A stretch of 64,000 bases of DNA. Origin: Sporopachydermia quercuum. Its lineage: Eukaryota. Location of the stretch: positions 434,001 through 498,000 of the forward strand of contig BCGN01000003.1 in assembly GCA_001599295.1 (NCBI GenBank), written 5' to 3'. The translations under genes and the position numbers were made by a program. This document shows positions 11,839 to 22,863 of the stretch, in pieces; the stretch's first letter is position 1; every line of letters starts with the position of its first letter. The notes beneath the pieces were generated by a model. The model ran no database searches, had not been told where the DNA came from, and was given only the letters and a program-made list of their open reading frames with translations.

Positions 11839-14800
11839 ATGTGGGGGCGCAGTGCTAATCAACAGTTCAGAGCGGCGTTTCAAGTTCGGTATATTCGAAC
11901 TCGAGCTAAAACTCGAACCCGAGGCCCAAAATCTTTGTCGTTGGAACCGCGTTTAAATTCCGGTTCCGATGGCGGTATCTTAGCCGATAACCAGTATTCT
12001 GATCAGAAACCCCAAGCACCACGTGAAATGGAGCAGAAATTACAGTCATTACTACAAAATAATCCATCTGAGTTTTTCAAACAAATGAAACCTATCACCG
12101 ATGTTGTTTCCGAAAGCTTGAAAGATTTCGGATATAATATTGAGACTTTAGATGACACCCGGAAGCGGCTATCAGAAAAACTTCGGAAGAGAATTATGGA
12201 GAAGCTTCCGAAAGGTGCCGAGCTTGATACTAATAGAATTGATAAATTAGTTAATTCGATATTAGATCAACAGCTTTTACCTCCTACTAAGGCTCCTACT
12301 TCGGCTTCCAGTCAGGCTTCATCCGAACCCTATTTTGAATCCTCTCTTCCGAAATCCCTCACCGATCAACACTCCGCACTACAACTGAGATCTGTACTAC
12401 TAAACTTATTTGAAAGGACGGAACTCTACTCGACTATAAACAACACAGGTTATTCGTCTAAAAGAACCACACCTTCTGCTATCTCAAAATTCAAATCCCT
12501 GTTGAAAAAGACAGACCTTTCCCCGGAACAACAAGAAAAAGAGCAAGAGCTCTTTTGGAGCACGTTAGAAGATATCGCATTCCAGAATTTAAGTGGCACA
12601 CTAGACAAAGTAGAAATGCCTCCAGGCTTCTTTGATCAATGCATAGAATTAGCAAAAACGCAACAAGAATATGCTAATTATCGTTATTTCTGTATAAAAG
12701 CTGCCGGTGATGCCAGAAGTGTTTTTGTCGATGATCCTTTACTCATTGTTCATGAGATAGATTATATTAATGCAATGTTTTACTTGGGATATCCAAATGA
12801 AGGATTTGCTCGTTGGGAGGACTCGAAATCAATCGGAACAATTGCTCGTAAGGCAAATAATAATAGTGAAAATAGCGATCCAGAATTGCCTAGATGGTGG
12901 AAAGAACTTGGAGCGAGTTTTGCTATATCGATGAATAAAATTGCAAAAGCGGAAGAAATAATTGGCATGACTAGGAATAGAAATAATGAAAATAAAGAAG
13001 AAGACGGAAATGTTATCATAGGTAAGTTTTATTATTGTTATTGGATTATGATGAACGTAATTAATGTGATAAATGCAAGTTGGCCTGTTGTGATATAATA
13101 CGACATAGCTCGGTATGATATGATCATGATTAAGGATTTTTACGGAGTAACTGAACTTAATAGCCCTTTATTGCTGCAAATACTAGTTATTGTCAATTAA
13201 TATGAGGAGTTTTTAATTACTGTAATCAAACAACAATAGTATCAAAAAGCGAAGGTAGAAGTACTTGATTCTAGTGTTTCTTATTATTAAAATCCTTATG
13301 GTCACCGTTGTAGTTATTGTAATTAGCTTCATTACAATAATGAATGATCCTCCAGCTGTTATATCACATTATGTTAAATCACATCATGTTTTTGCTCAGA
13401 TTCACCTTGCTGTGTCATAGATTACTAACATAAGTTTCATAGGACCAAATGAAACAAAGGATACAAATAAGCTAGCCAATTTCATATCACCATCATTAAT
13501 GACTTCATTTATTACGAAATATTGTGAAATGAAACAAGAAGGAAAAGCCTGGGGTTGGTTTCAACAGTTCCTTAGGTTGGTTAATGAAAAAGGAATAACC
13601 AATGACAGTGAAAATGGTAGTGAATCATCGTTGGTCACATCCATTGAAAGTTATTTACAAGAACTAGACAAAGAAGAGCCGCCGACTGTGCAACAGCTAC
13701 AAACAATCACCAAGGCTTTTTTCATCAATAAACTTTATAATAGAGGAAACGATGTGTTGAAAGTAATTGAAGAACTGGCTGAAGATGGGAATAATAATGG
13801 AAATGATACAACTAGCAGATCGGACAATTTTAAATTGCTTTCCACGCAATCTCTGCGTTCTCCGTTTTCGGAACTGNAATTGTTCTATTTTGTCCAACAA
13901 CTAGGAAATCTTGTGCAAGCGGAAATCATGAGAAATAACCCTGTTGAGTCAAAGATTATCGAAATTATCAAACAAGGTTTAGATATGAACCCCGCCAAAT
14001 CGGCAGAAATGGAAATTTATGCGATTTGGACTTCCTTTTTAGAAAAATCTGGAAAGGCTAACGAGGCTATTGCTCTATTAAACGATATGGCAAAGGAGAA
14101 CAAGTATCCAACAACCCAACAAGTACATTCCATTCTTAAGGCGCTCTTACAAAAAAAGCAAACACCTAAAGCTTTTGAACTGTTGGATATTATGGAGAAA
14201 GCGCGAATGATTCGGCTTGAAAAACAAGCTAAGGGAATTGCTGCTCCGGCCAAAAGCTCGGAACCTTCTTTCCAATTTCTTCCTCCTGCTCGGCCTGCGC
14301 ATTATGCTCTTTTTATTCAATATGCAGCTAGACGCAAGTCACCGGGAGGAATCTCTGTAATTTTATCCCGGATGAGTGAAATGAACCTTATTCCTGATAA
14401 GTATGTGTTCACAGCATTGATTACATTTGCTATGCGGACAAAAGATTACGGAATGGCTATACGAATATACGAAATGGTAGTCAATGACTTCCAGAATCAC
14501 ATGCGGGAAGTTTCTGCTGTTCCAGGGCGATATCCGAGGCTTGCGACTTCGTACCGGTTTTACATTGAACTATTTAAGTGTCTCACGAATATCTATCGGA
14601 TTGGAGGAGTAAAACTGGTTGATTTGGATCAAAGAAGCGAAATAGATGAGGAATTAGAGAAATTTCTACCCGATAGGAAGCGTATAGCTGATACCGAGAT
14701 ACCAGGAGATTCTTCCGTATTAAGACCAATAGCCGAGAGTGATTTGAAACCCCAGATAACTTACTTCTTTAGGGGACGAGCAAAAAGTGGAAGACATTGT

Positions 14801-15373
14801 AGAAGTACCCATGATTACTATCAACTGAACCTTTGGAATGTCTTCCGGACTATGGTTAACGACAGGAGTGTTGTTCCACGGCCACAGCTTTATGTCATTG
14901 TGTTGCGGGCTTTCATAGAAGCGGAAGAATTTGCCGAGGCACTAGCGATTCTGCAATATATGGAAGAAGTCCACAGTATAAAGTTCAATATCGGAGAAAA
15001 TGATCCAAGTTCAGCTGCATTGAAAGGATTGCTCCTTAGTGTCTCCAGGGTGACTAGAACGAAAGAGGATATTGTGAGTTTAATTCAGAAGGAGATATCT
15101 GGCGTAGCTAAAGAAATCGATAGCGGAAATTATAGCGAAAATACCAAAGATGATTTCGAGTTGAACTCCGGAATACATGCTCCTAATGCTCAACGATCAA
15201 TAGACTGGAAAGTCTTATCAAGTGTCTTTGGAAAAGCATTCTTAAACAGACTGAAATTCTCAAGCGAAAAACAAAATACCTCACTTAGAAGCCAAATTGA
15301 GGATTTCAATTTCCAATTATCGTTAAAGCAAAAGGAGTTAGGTCTGAAACCCGTAACTGATTTCTATTTGTAG
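11839..15373 (+). CDS. SOV1: Mitochondrial PPR-like RNA-binding protein, 2 exons (~1037 aa); SOV1 orthologue by synteny, with Pet309/Cya5-like as the alternative
   Basis: Exons 11839-13021 and 13443-15373 join in frame across an intron GTAAGT...TACTAAC...TAG. The N-terminus is Arg-rich and presequence-like, with PPR-like motifs PDKYVFTALIT, PTTQQVHSILKAL and PRPQLYVIVLRAF. It is convergent with UBX4, as SOV1/UBX4 are in S. cerevisiae. Confidence 0.6.
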
Positions 15374-16047
15374 CGTTTATAGCGATATGCTAATTGTTTC
15401 ATTTGAAGCGTAAGTTGACTCAGTATTCCAACTTGAGTTTTTTCTTGTATATAAAATTCTAATGTATATATAGTGAACTGAATATAGTAGTTGAAAAGAT
15501 ATGTAAGTGAACGGAGCATTCCATGAATTAAGCGATTTTGCGAAAACATTTCACTTATTGAACAACGAAAAATAACATTAAGGTTCAGTTTCATTACCTA
15601 ATACGGACTTTTGGACTTCTGATTAGACAACAGTTTATATAATAAGGTTAAAGTGTGACATAATTCACAATTTTCAGATTCCTTATATGACAATGGCTTC
15701 AACCTTAACTGTACCTGCTAGAAACTAAAATACACCATTAATTAACTATCATTTTATAATTACCTGTACTGATTGAATTCATTCACACAGACAGCTCAGC
15801 TTTTCACTCCCTGTCATATTTATCTTGTTCCATAATGTGCGTTATCGCTATGTAAGTAATTCAATTGAATAAACAATAATTCATTAGGTATATGCTATAA
15901 AACAAAAAGAATATAATTAACTGAGCTATGGTTTCATTTTCAGTGATTTATTATCCACTACACTCCAAAACTGGCAGCACTGCTTCCGTTTTCTTGTCAA
16001 ATAAAATTCTCCTTTTATTCCCAAATTGCTTTTGCTTCATTTCTACT

Positions 16048-17943
16048 TTATTTCTTACCCATTTTTAACCACTTAGGCAGCTTTTTCCCTTCTCCTGAAC
16101 TTCCTTGTCGCTTCACGGAATCTCCATTCTTCTCCTTACTAGATTGCCCCAATTGTTCTTCATGAGCCATTTCGGCAAGTTCCTGTTCGATTTTAACTTC
16201 AGGAACTTCTCCGATATCCTTAGCTATTGAAATAAATTCCGGTTTCAGTATTAATCCGCTCCGGCTATTATTTCCGGTCTTGTCTTTATTACTGGGGAGT
16301 TCAGGTTCAACAACAACCAGAGTTCTGGCACCAAATCCACAGTCTGCAACTAATTCTCCATCAAGTGGTGATAATAGTTTATGAGGAGCTGTCAACAGTA
16401 GGTTGAAGGGTGTTTTGTATAGCAGTAAGGATTTTACAAATTGGATTAGTTCCAACACTATAGTAAAGGTTAGTAACTATAAAGGTTTTGCACAATAAAT
16501 ATAAAAAGGAAGATTAACGGAGACGATATTACAACTGTGATCTGTGTTCTCCCTAATTCTGTTACATTATTTTCTCAATTTCAAAGCGTGACCTTCAAAT
16601 TCAGGCATGTACCCATGAAACATAACATACCTTTCTCGTTTGGTTGGAATGTTGCCTGAACATGATTTTGATCAGGAAACCGAAATCTAACAGAACACTA
16701 ATAGGTTGTTAGTATATAAAGGTATTGCAACTAAAGAATAACAACAGCGAATAACAACAGCAATGATATGCCTAGTATGAGCTTAGCTAATACTAATACC
16801 AAGATACTCATACCAGCTTCTTCTTCTGACTCATCATCTTCATATACTTACTTCATTAATAACTTCTTTACGGGCTTCTTTCATAGCTTCCCGTGTTTCT
16901 CTTGTTAACATTTTATCACCTGTTGGATGAGCTTGTGACGATAAAATCTTCTGATATAATTGTGCATGAGACACTGTAACTTCATATAGACTCTCGTCAT
17001 CATTACGCACTGGTGCGGTAGTAGTTTTATTAGTACTAATATTAGTATCAAGACCGTTGACGGTATCAGAGTTTTTAGGGTGGAAAATCTCAATATTTCG
17101 GCTTTTCTCGGTGGCTTCGGATGTTTGCCTGGATGTTTGTTCCCGATGACTAGGTATCTTGGAATTGATATCGATTGTGGTTTCCGGTTTATTCGATGTG
17201 GTGCTATTCTCAGGTGTTAAAATGCTGTTTGTGGTATTGTTGGCATCTCCGATTTTCTCATTGATCATTTCCGCTGTTGCAAGATTGCAACTTAGATCAA
17301 TAAACAAGTCCTCATTTTCGGCTTGAACTCGACTAAAAAGTTCACCTGAAGATTCAAAACGAACTCGGCATAGAAAGTTTCCGCTTGAGAAACCTAGTTT
17401 GGATAACGTAAACCGTAATTGATCAAACCCCTTCAGCTCTTTATTGAACAATTGAACTACGGGTTTCTCGTATAGTTTCTCATCACTATTATCCAGATCA
17501 ATAGTTCTTTCCGTTAAATTAAACTCGGATGGATTGTACTCGATATCTTTCAATAGTTTCCGAATTTGAAATTCAAAATAACGGAGAAGATTCCAAACTG
17601 TGGTCCTTTCAGGATCAAAATTACCGACAAACGCCGATGTCGGAACAACTGTTGCTATCTGTGTTAAACCATACACAGCTAGCTTGATAGTAACCTGCTT
17701 AGCTACTGGTTTTACCAGTTCTTTGCGAGCCTGGATTTCCAGTCTGGCTCCATTGGGCAAATTGGACAATCGAAACGGTAGCGACAAGTCAACCTCTGTT
17801 TTTCCGTGGCGGAAAAGCCATTGTTTATCTGATTCTAATTTGAAAGCTGCTACACATTTGTCAAGTACTTCTTGCATCAATTGAGAGGGATTGACCCGTA
17901 TTTTCAAGCCACGATGTTCGTACGCAACGGATAAATGGGACAT
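16048..17943 (-). CDS. UBX4: UBX-domain Cdc48 cofactor, TUG/ASPL family, 3 exons (~522 aa)
   Basis: Exons 17943-16852, 16697-16631 and 16457-16048; both introns are GT(A/T)...TACTAAC...TAG. TUG-UBL1 motif VDLSLPFRLSNLPNGARLE, UBX motif VRFRFPD in the 67-nt micro-exon, and C-terminal PKWLKMGKK. Confidence 0.88.
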
Positions 17944-18734
17944 TATGTATGTATTCAAAATCGGGAAATATCGGATGTGCGGAAATATTCGGATTCTTTG
18001 TGGATATCGGAGATTCAAACAAATTTGTTTAAGAACAAGTTGGATATGTTGAATGAAAGGAAAGACAACATTAAGTATGATAAAACTTGTATAAGTTCTT
18101 ACCTAAGCAAAATAAGATTTAGTGGCGGTGGAAAAGATAAGCAATAACGGAGATAATAATACAATTATAATATCCGAGTTTTTGCCTGAGAAAAAAGAAT
18201 ATTCAGTCATGTGATACAAAATTATTATATATTCTCTTTTCTAAACAATTTACCAACCTGTGCCTTAACTACGATAAAATTAACGGTATACTTGGATACT
18301 GGGTATTCTGACATTTTTGAGGCATAAAGCTATCCGTGAACTCGGGAAAAATGGCATTTTCGGGACTCAAAAAACCATACTTGATCTAAATAATTTACAT
18401 TTCTACGCTTGAACTATAGACTAAGGCATTGCATTAGTATCCATTAAATAAAATTTAAGAATAATCATTATTATAAATTAGAAAAAATGCCTAGTAGTTA
18501 CAAACCTATAATACATCATAAATAAACCAAAGAAAACAAAAAGAAAGAAAAGAATCTTCGGACAACAAAATGGGACAACAAAATGGGACACGAAATCAAA
18601 TTGTCGGCGAAAATAGCGAAAGACAAAGCGGATGTTCCATCCCGATGGGTTAATCTGTGTTTTTGAATGCTGCTCCGCCATTTGATCATATCATCAATTC
18701 ACAGTAGCCGTCTGTACAAAATTAATAATTGGAA

Positions 18735-21700
18735 TCACGTGTTATTTGATTCTCCTCGTGTTAACGAACCAAATTGTCCGTTAAGATTCCACGATTTGTG
18801 TTTGGCGGCAGTTAATTCCGATGGGAACCTAGTATCTGTTGGTGAAGGTGTAGTGGGAGTTGTTTTATTGGAATCGTCCGACCCGCTTCCACTTCTGAGG
18901 TTTAACTCCCCAATTCCAGTTGAACTTCCTGTTCCTACTCCGCTTCCACTGCCACTTCTAGATGAAACACTACTCGGAATAATAGCATTATCCGGACGAG
19001 CAGACAATCCAAGAATATATGATTGAATCCGCGCTTGTTCAATCTCCGGCTCATAGGATGCTAAAAATGANGATGATGCCTGAATTTCATGGTTTGGTTG
19101 CAAACTTCTAATTGATTGAGATGCACTATTTACCCTCCTGTGATGTCGGCTTCCTTGTAAGCTATAAGTGTTCCGTTTTGGGGAAATATTGATACTGCTA
19201 TTTGATCCTGATCCGGTTCCAGTTCCGGTTCCAGTTCCGAGACTCGGTAAGCCATAGTTGTGGAAAGATGCGGCCGAAGATAGGTAGATGGAATGAATAT
19301 CTCTTTGAGGGGAATGTCCGGAAGAGTTCGGGATGATGCTACTGGTGTTATTTGGAACGGGTGAGAAATCTCCGATAGATTCAGCTTTTCTGACAACAGG
19401 CAACGGAAAACTTAAAGTTGGAGTACTCTTTTCAGGTATTACTGGAGGTTTTTCAATGATATCTGAGGTAACACCTTTTTCGTTTCCACTTCCATCGGGA
19501 TTGTTCCTAGGGCCCGCTGATTCTCCGTCATTCTTAGCTTCCCGTTTTCTCCGATGCAAGAAAGCCAGAAGCCAAAACAACGAGCAGAGATACAATAGCC
19601 CACCCAATCCAACTCCAATATAAATCGCGATATTTGCCTTGTTCGCTCCGCTTTGTCGCAGGTATCCGTCTAATGAACCGTAAACTTCCGATCCTGCTCG
19701 CAACCCATTTGGTAGATATTCTCTGCTTCCGTCGCTCGTACCAGTGCCTGCGTCGGAAATATCTGGTCCGTCTCCCGAATCCGAGGTCGACACTGTTGAT
19801 TCACTGGAGACACCTCTTGTGCTAGTAACCAAAGTTCCCGATCCTCGTGTACCTACTGAATAGACTGTAATCAAGGATCCAGAACTTTCTGTGACATAGT
19901 AGTAAGTATACTCCCCATTTGAGTTTTCATCGGAAAGTATCGGATAGCTCGCATCAATAAGCTTCATGAGACTAGCCACTATCGGATCGGGATTAGAGTA
20001 AAGCCGAGACTCGCGGTTAATTATGAGAGCCTGTAAGTCCGAAATTCGGTTACATGGCAAATATACATGTGCCTGTGATACTATATACGGTAAGTTAGGA
20101 TCAATATGCGGCTGGATGTTCCGTATTTGAATATTTTCGGTTTTGATGTTTAGTCCATATGCCAATCCCGGGCCCAGGTTCTGAAAGATCTGCGCCACTG
20201 AGATTGGATTCCCAACTAGGAACTGGTAATTTAGTGCGCCGGTAAAGGAAACCAACGCTTCGCACTGTCCCGATCTGGGTTGAAAGCTCCCCCTTCCGGG
20301 AACAATAGCCTGCGGAATTGTGGATGGAAAGGAATAATGGGTATTTAAGTTCTGGGATGGATCGTCTGTAATTAATGGGTTCGTTTCTGTCACCAACACA
20401 GTCGGTAGCCAATTCAAGGTTTTTGATTCGTGATCGGTTGCCGCTGTATTGGAGGGGGAAAAATCCAGTGTCGGAGTTGTAGGGATAGGCGCAAAACCTG
20501 AATCAGTTACGATTGTGGTTGGTGAGGGGTAAGTTTCTTCATTACCCATGAAAGTTAACGAAAACGGTATACTGGTGGGGAAACCAGGACTCTGCGTGTC
20601 TTTTAAGGTTGGATTAGAATCGGATGTGATCTCAGTGGAAATATCGGAAATGATATTGGAGGAAACATCAGAAGTGACCTGACCAGAAGAGATGACCACT
20701 GGGGAAATAGATGTATCTGATGTCTGTTGTATGTCTTGGGTATGAATGACCAGAACTGATGTTGAAGATGGTGTAGTTCCTACTACTGTTTCCGATATGC
20801 TGGTCGGAAACAACGCCGCCGTCTCCGATGTTGTTTCCGATACTGTCGCCGGTATTGTTACTAATGTTGTTTCCGGTTCTGCTTCAGTTTCCGTAGTTGG
20901 TGCGGTAGCTTGTGTTGTAGCTTGTGTTGCTCCGGGTTCTGTTACTAACGTTGTAGCTGGTGTTGTNNNNNNNNNNNNNNNNNNNNNNNNNNNNNNNNNN
21001 NNNNNNNNNNNNNNNNNNNNNNNNNNNNNNNNNNNNNNNNNNNNNNNNNNNNNNNNNNNNNNNNNNNNNNNNNNNNNNNNNNNNNNNNNNNNNNNNNNNN
21101 NNNNNNNNNNNNNNNNNNNNNNNNNNNNNNNNNNNNNNNNNNNNNNNNNNNNNNNNNNNNNNNNNNNNNNNNNNNNNNNNNNNNNNNNNNNNNNNNNNNN
21201 NNNNNNNNNNNNNNNNNNNNNNNNNNNNNNNNNNNNNNNNNNNNNNNNNNNNNNNNNNNNNNNNNNNNNNNNNNNNNNNNNNNNNNNNNNNNNNNNNNNN
21301 NNNNNNNNNNNNNNNNNNNNNNNNNNNNNNNNNNNNNNNNNNNNNNNNNNNNNNNNNNNNNNNNNNNNNNNNNNNNNNNNNNNNNNNNNNNNNNNNNNNN
21401 NNNNNNNNNNNNNNNNNNNNNNNNNNNNNNNNNNNNNNNNNNNNNNNNNNNNNNNNNNNNNNNNNNNNNNNNNNNNNNNNNNNNNNNNNNNNNNNNNNNN
21501 NTGTAGCTGGTGTTGTAGCTGGTGTTGTAGCTGTTGTTGCTCCCGGTTCTGTTACTATTGTTGTATCCGGTTCTGCTTCAGTTTCCGTAGTTGGTGTGGT
21601 GGCTGTTGTTGTAGCTGGTGTTGCTCCCGGTTCTGTTTCTGGTGTTGTTGCGGGTGGCATTACGGTTTTCATTTCGGTTTCTGTTGCTGGATTTGTATTG

Positions 21701-22863
21701 GTTGTCGGCACGGCTATAGAGGTAGAAATAGAAATCTCAGTTGTTTCCGTTGTCGGCTCTGGTTCTTCAGATGTTGACTCCGGTTCTTCTGATATTGATG
21801 TTGGGTGATCGGTTGAAACAATTAGAATTGGAATAGATGTATCGGACGTCGATATTCCAGTCGGTAGAAAACTCGGTTCTGAAAATGATTCTAGTAGTAG
21901 GGATGATTCTGAAGATGACGTGGTCAGAGGTGGTTCTCCGGTCCCTATTGTTGGTGTCTCTGGTGCCGGTGCCGGCATAAATGATGTTATTAATGAAATT
22001 AGCTCCCCAGTAGACTGACTAGAAGAACTTGATGAGCTGCTTTCTTCTTTCGCATCGGTATCCCATCCGCCATTGATTTCGTCAGTAGTACCCGACGTTG
22101 TTGATTCCAAGGTGTCAGGTGATTGTGTTGTGTATATTGATGGTCCAGGGGATACGACCGATATACTCGGAACCGTTGTTGATTCTGATGTCGACGTTGA
22201 TTCTGAGGTCGATGATAATTCGGATGATGAGTCTGATATCGTAATAGTGTTTGTATCTGAAATATCGGATGTATCTGGTGTTTCGGTATTATCTGACGAG
22301 GCGATAGGGCTCACATTCAAAACTGGTGGTATTAGTTCATTTGCACCTGGAGAAGAAGATCGGGTGGTGATGGTTTCAGAGCTGGTAGAATCTGTTGGTT
22401 CTTCGCCTGATATAAATGCTGTGTCTGATGGGGAAGGCACTATCGAAGGGGCTTCTGTGGTTGTTCCTGTGATTTCCGTTGGAGGCTCCGTTGGGGCTAC
22501 CGTATCACTAGAAGTTGCCGTGGTGAATGACATTTCATTTCCGACTTCAAAACTGGGTTTTGGTGATAAATAAATTGAATTAAGGTGATCATTTCCTGTT
22601 TCATTACTGTATAACGGGAACTTTTTAATGCTGTCGTCATTATTATTGATTGAAGGAGCAAACCTTATATCAGTGTCCCTCCTAAAGAGTAGATAATTAG
22701 CATCAAGATCGTCTCCGGCATAATTTTCAGTATGTAGGCCCGAAATAAAATTATTAGCTATTGTTATAATTATACTAATCCACAAAACTAGTAATAAACA
22801 GGTTCCTGCTATGGAAAACGGATGCCACTGCCGCTGCCGCTGCTGTTGTATATTCTGCCTCAT
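18735..22863 (-). CDS. HKR1: Signalling mucin of the Hkr1/Msb2 family (one gene across an assembly gap)
   Basis: N-terminal hydrophobic segment, long S/T/P/E mucin region, Hkr1/Msb2 homology domain (FTGALNYQFLVGNPISVAQIF), single TM (IAIYIGVGLGGLLYLCSLFWLL) followed by RRKR, and a cytoplasmic tail. The frame offset between the two ORFs falls inside the N gap. HKR1 rather than MSB2 is chosen by synteny only. Confidence 0.8.
20870..21660 (-). repeat. Coding tandem repeats (TTPA / EPGAT / TETEAEP units) flanking a 535-N gap at 20967-21501
   Basis: The 12-bp unit TGTAGCTGGTGT and larger EPGAT...TETEAEP units occur on both sides of the gap, consistent with a collapsed repeat array. Confidence 0.85.

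Noticed and set aside
18560..18590. 13-bp tandem duplication GGACAACAAAATG x2.4
   Set aside because: Ordinary slippage duplication in a 3' flank; not CRISPR-like, since there are no spacers.
18478..18681. Small ORF containing NPSGWN, reminiscent of the Msb2/Hkr1 C-terminal NSLGWN, as a spliced last exon of the mucin
   Set aside because: There is no canonical donor, and all three frames after the only plausible acceptor (18712) hit stop codons before the motif.
20814..20966. Apparent frameshift or pseudogenisation between the two mucin ORFs
   Set aside because: The downstream frame stays open up to the N gap, so the offset is explained by an estimated gap length.
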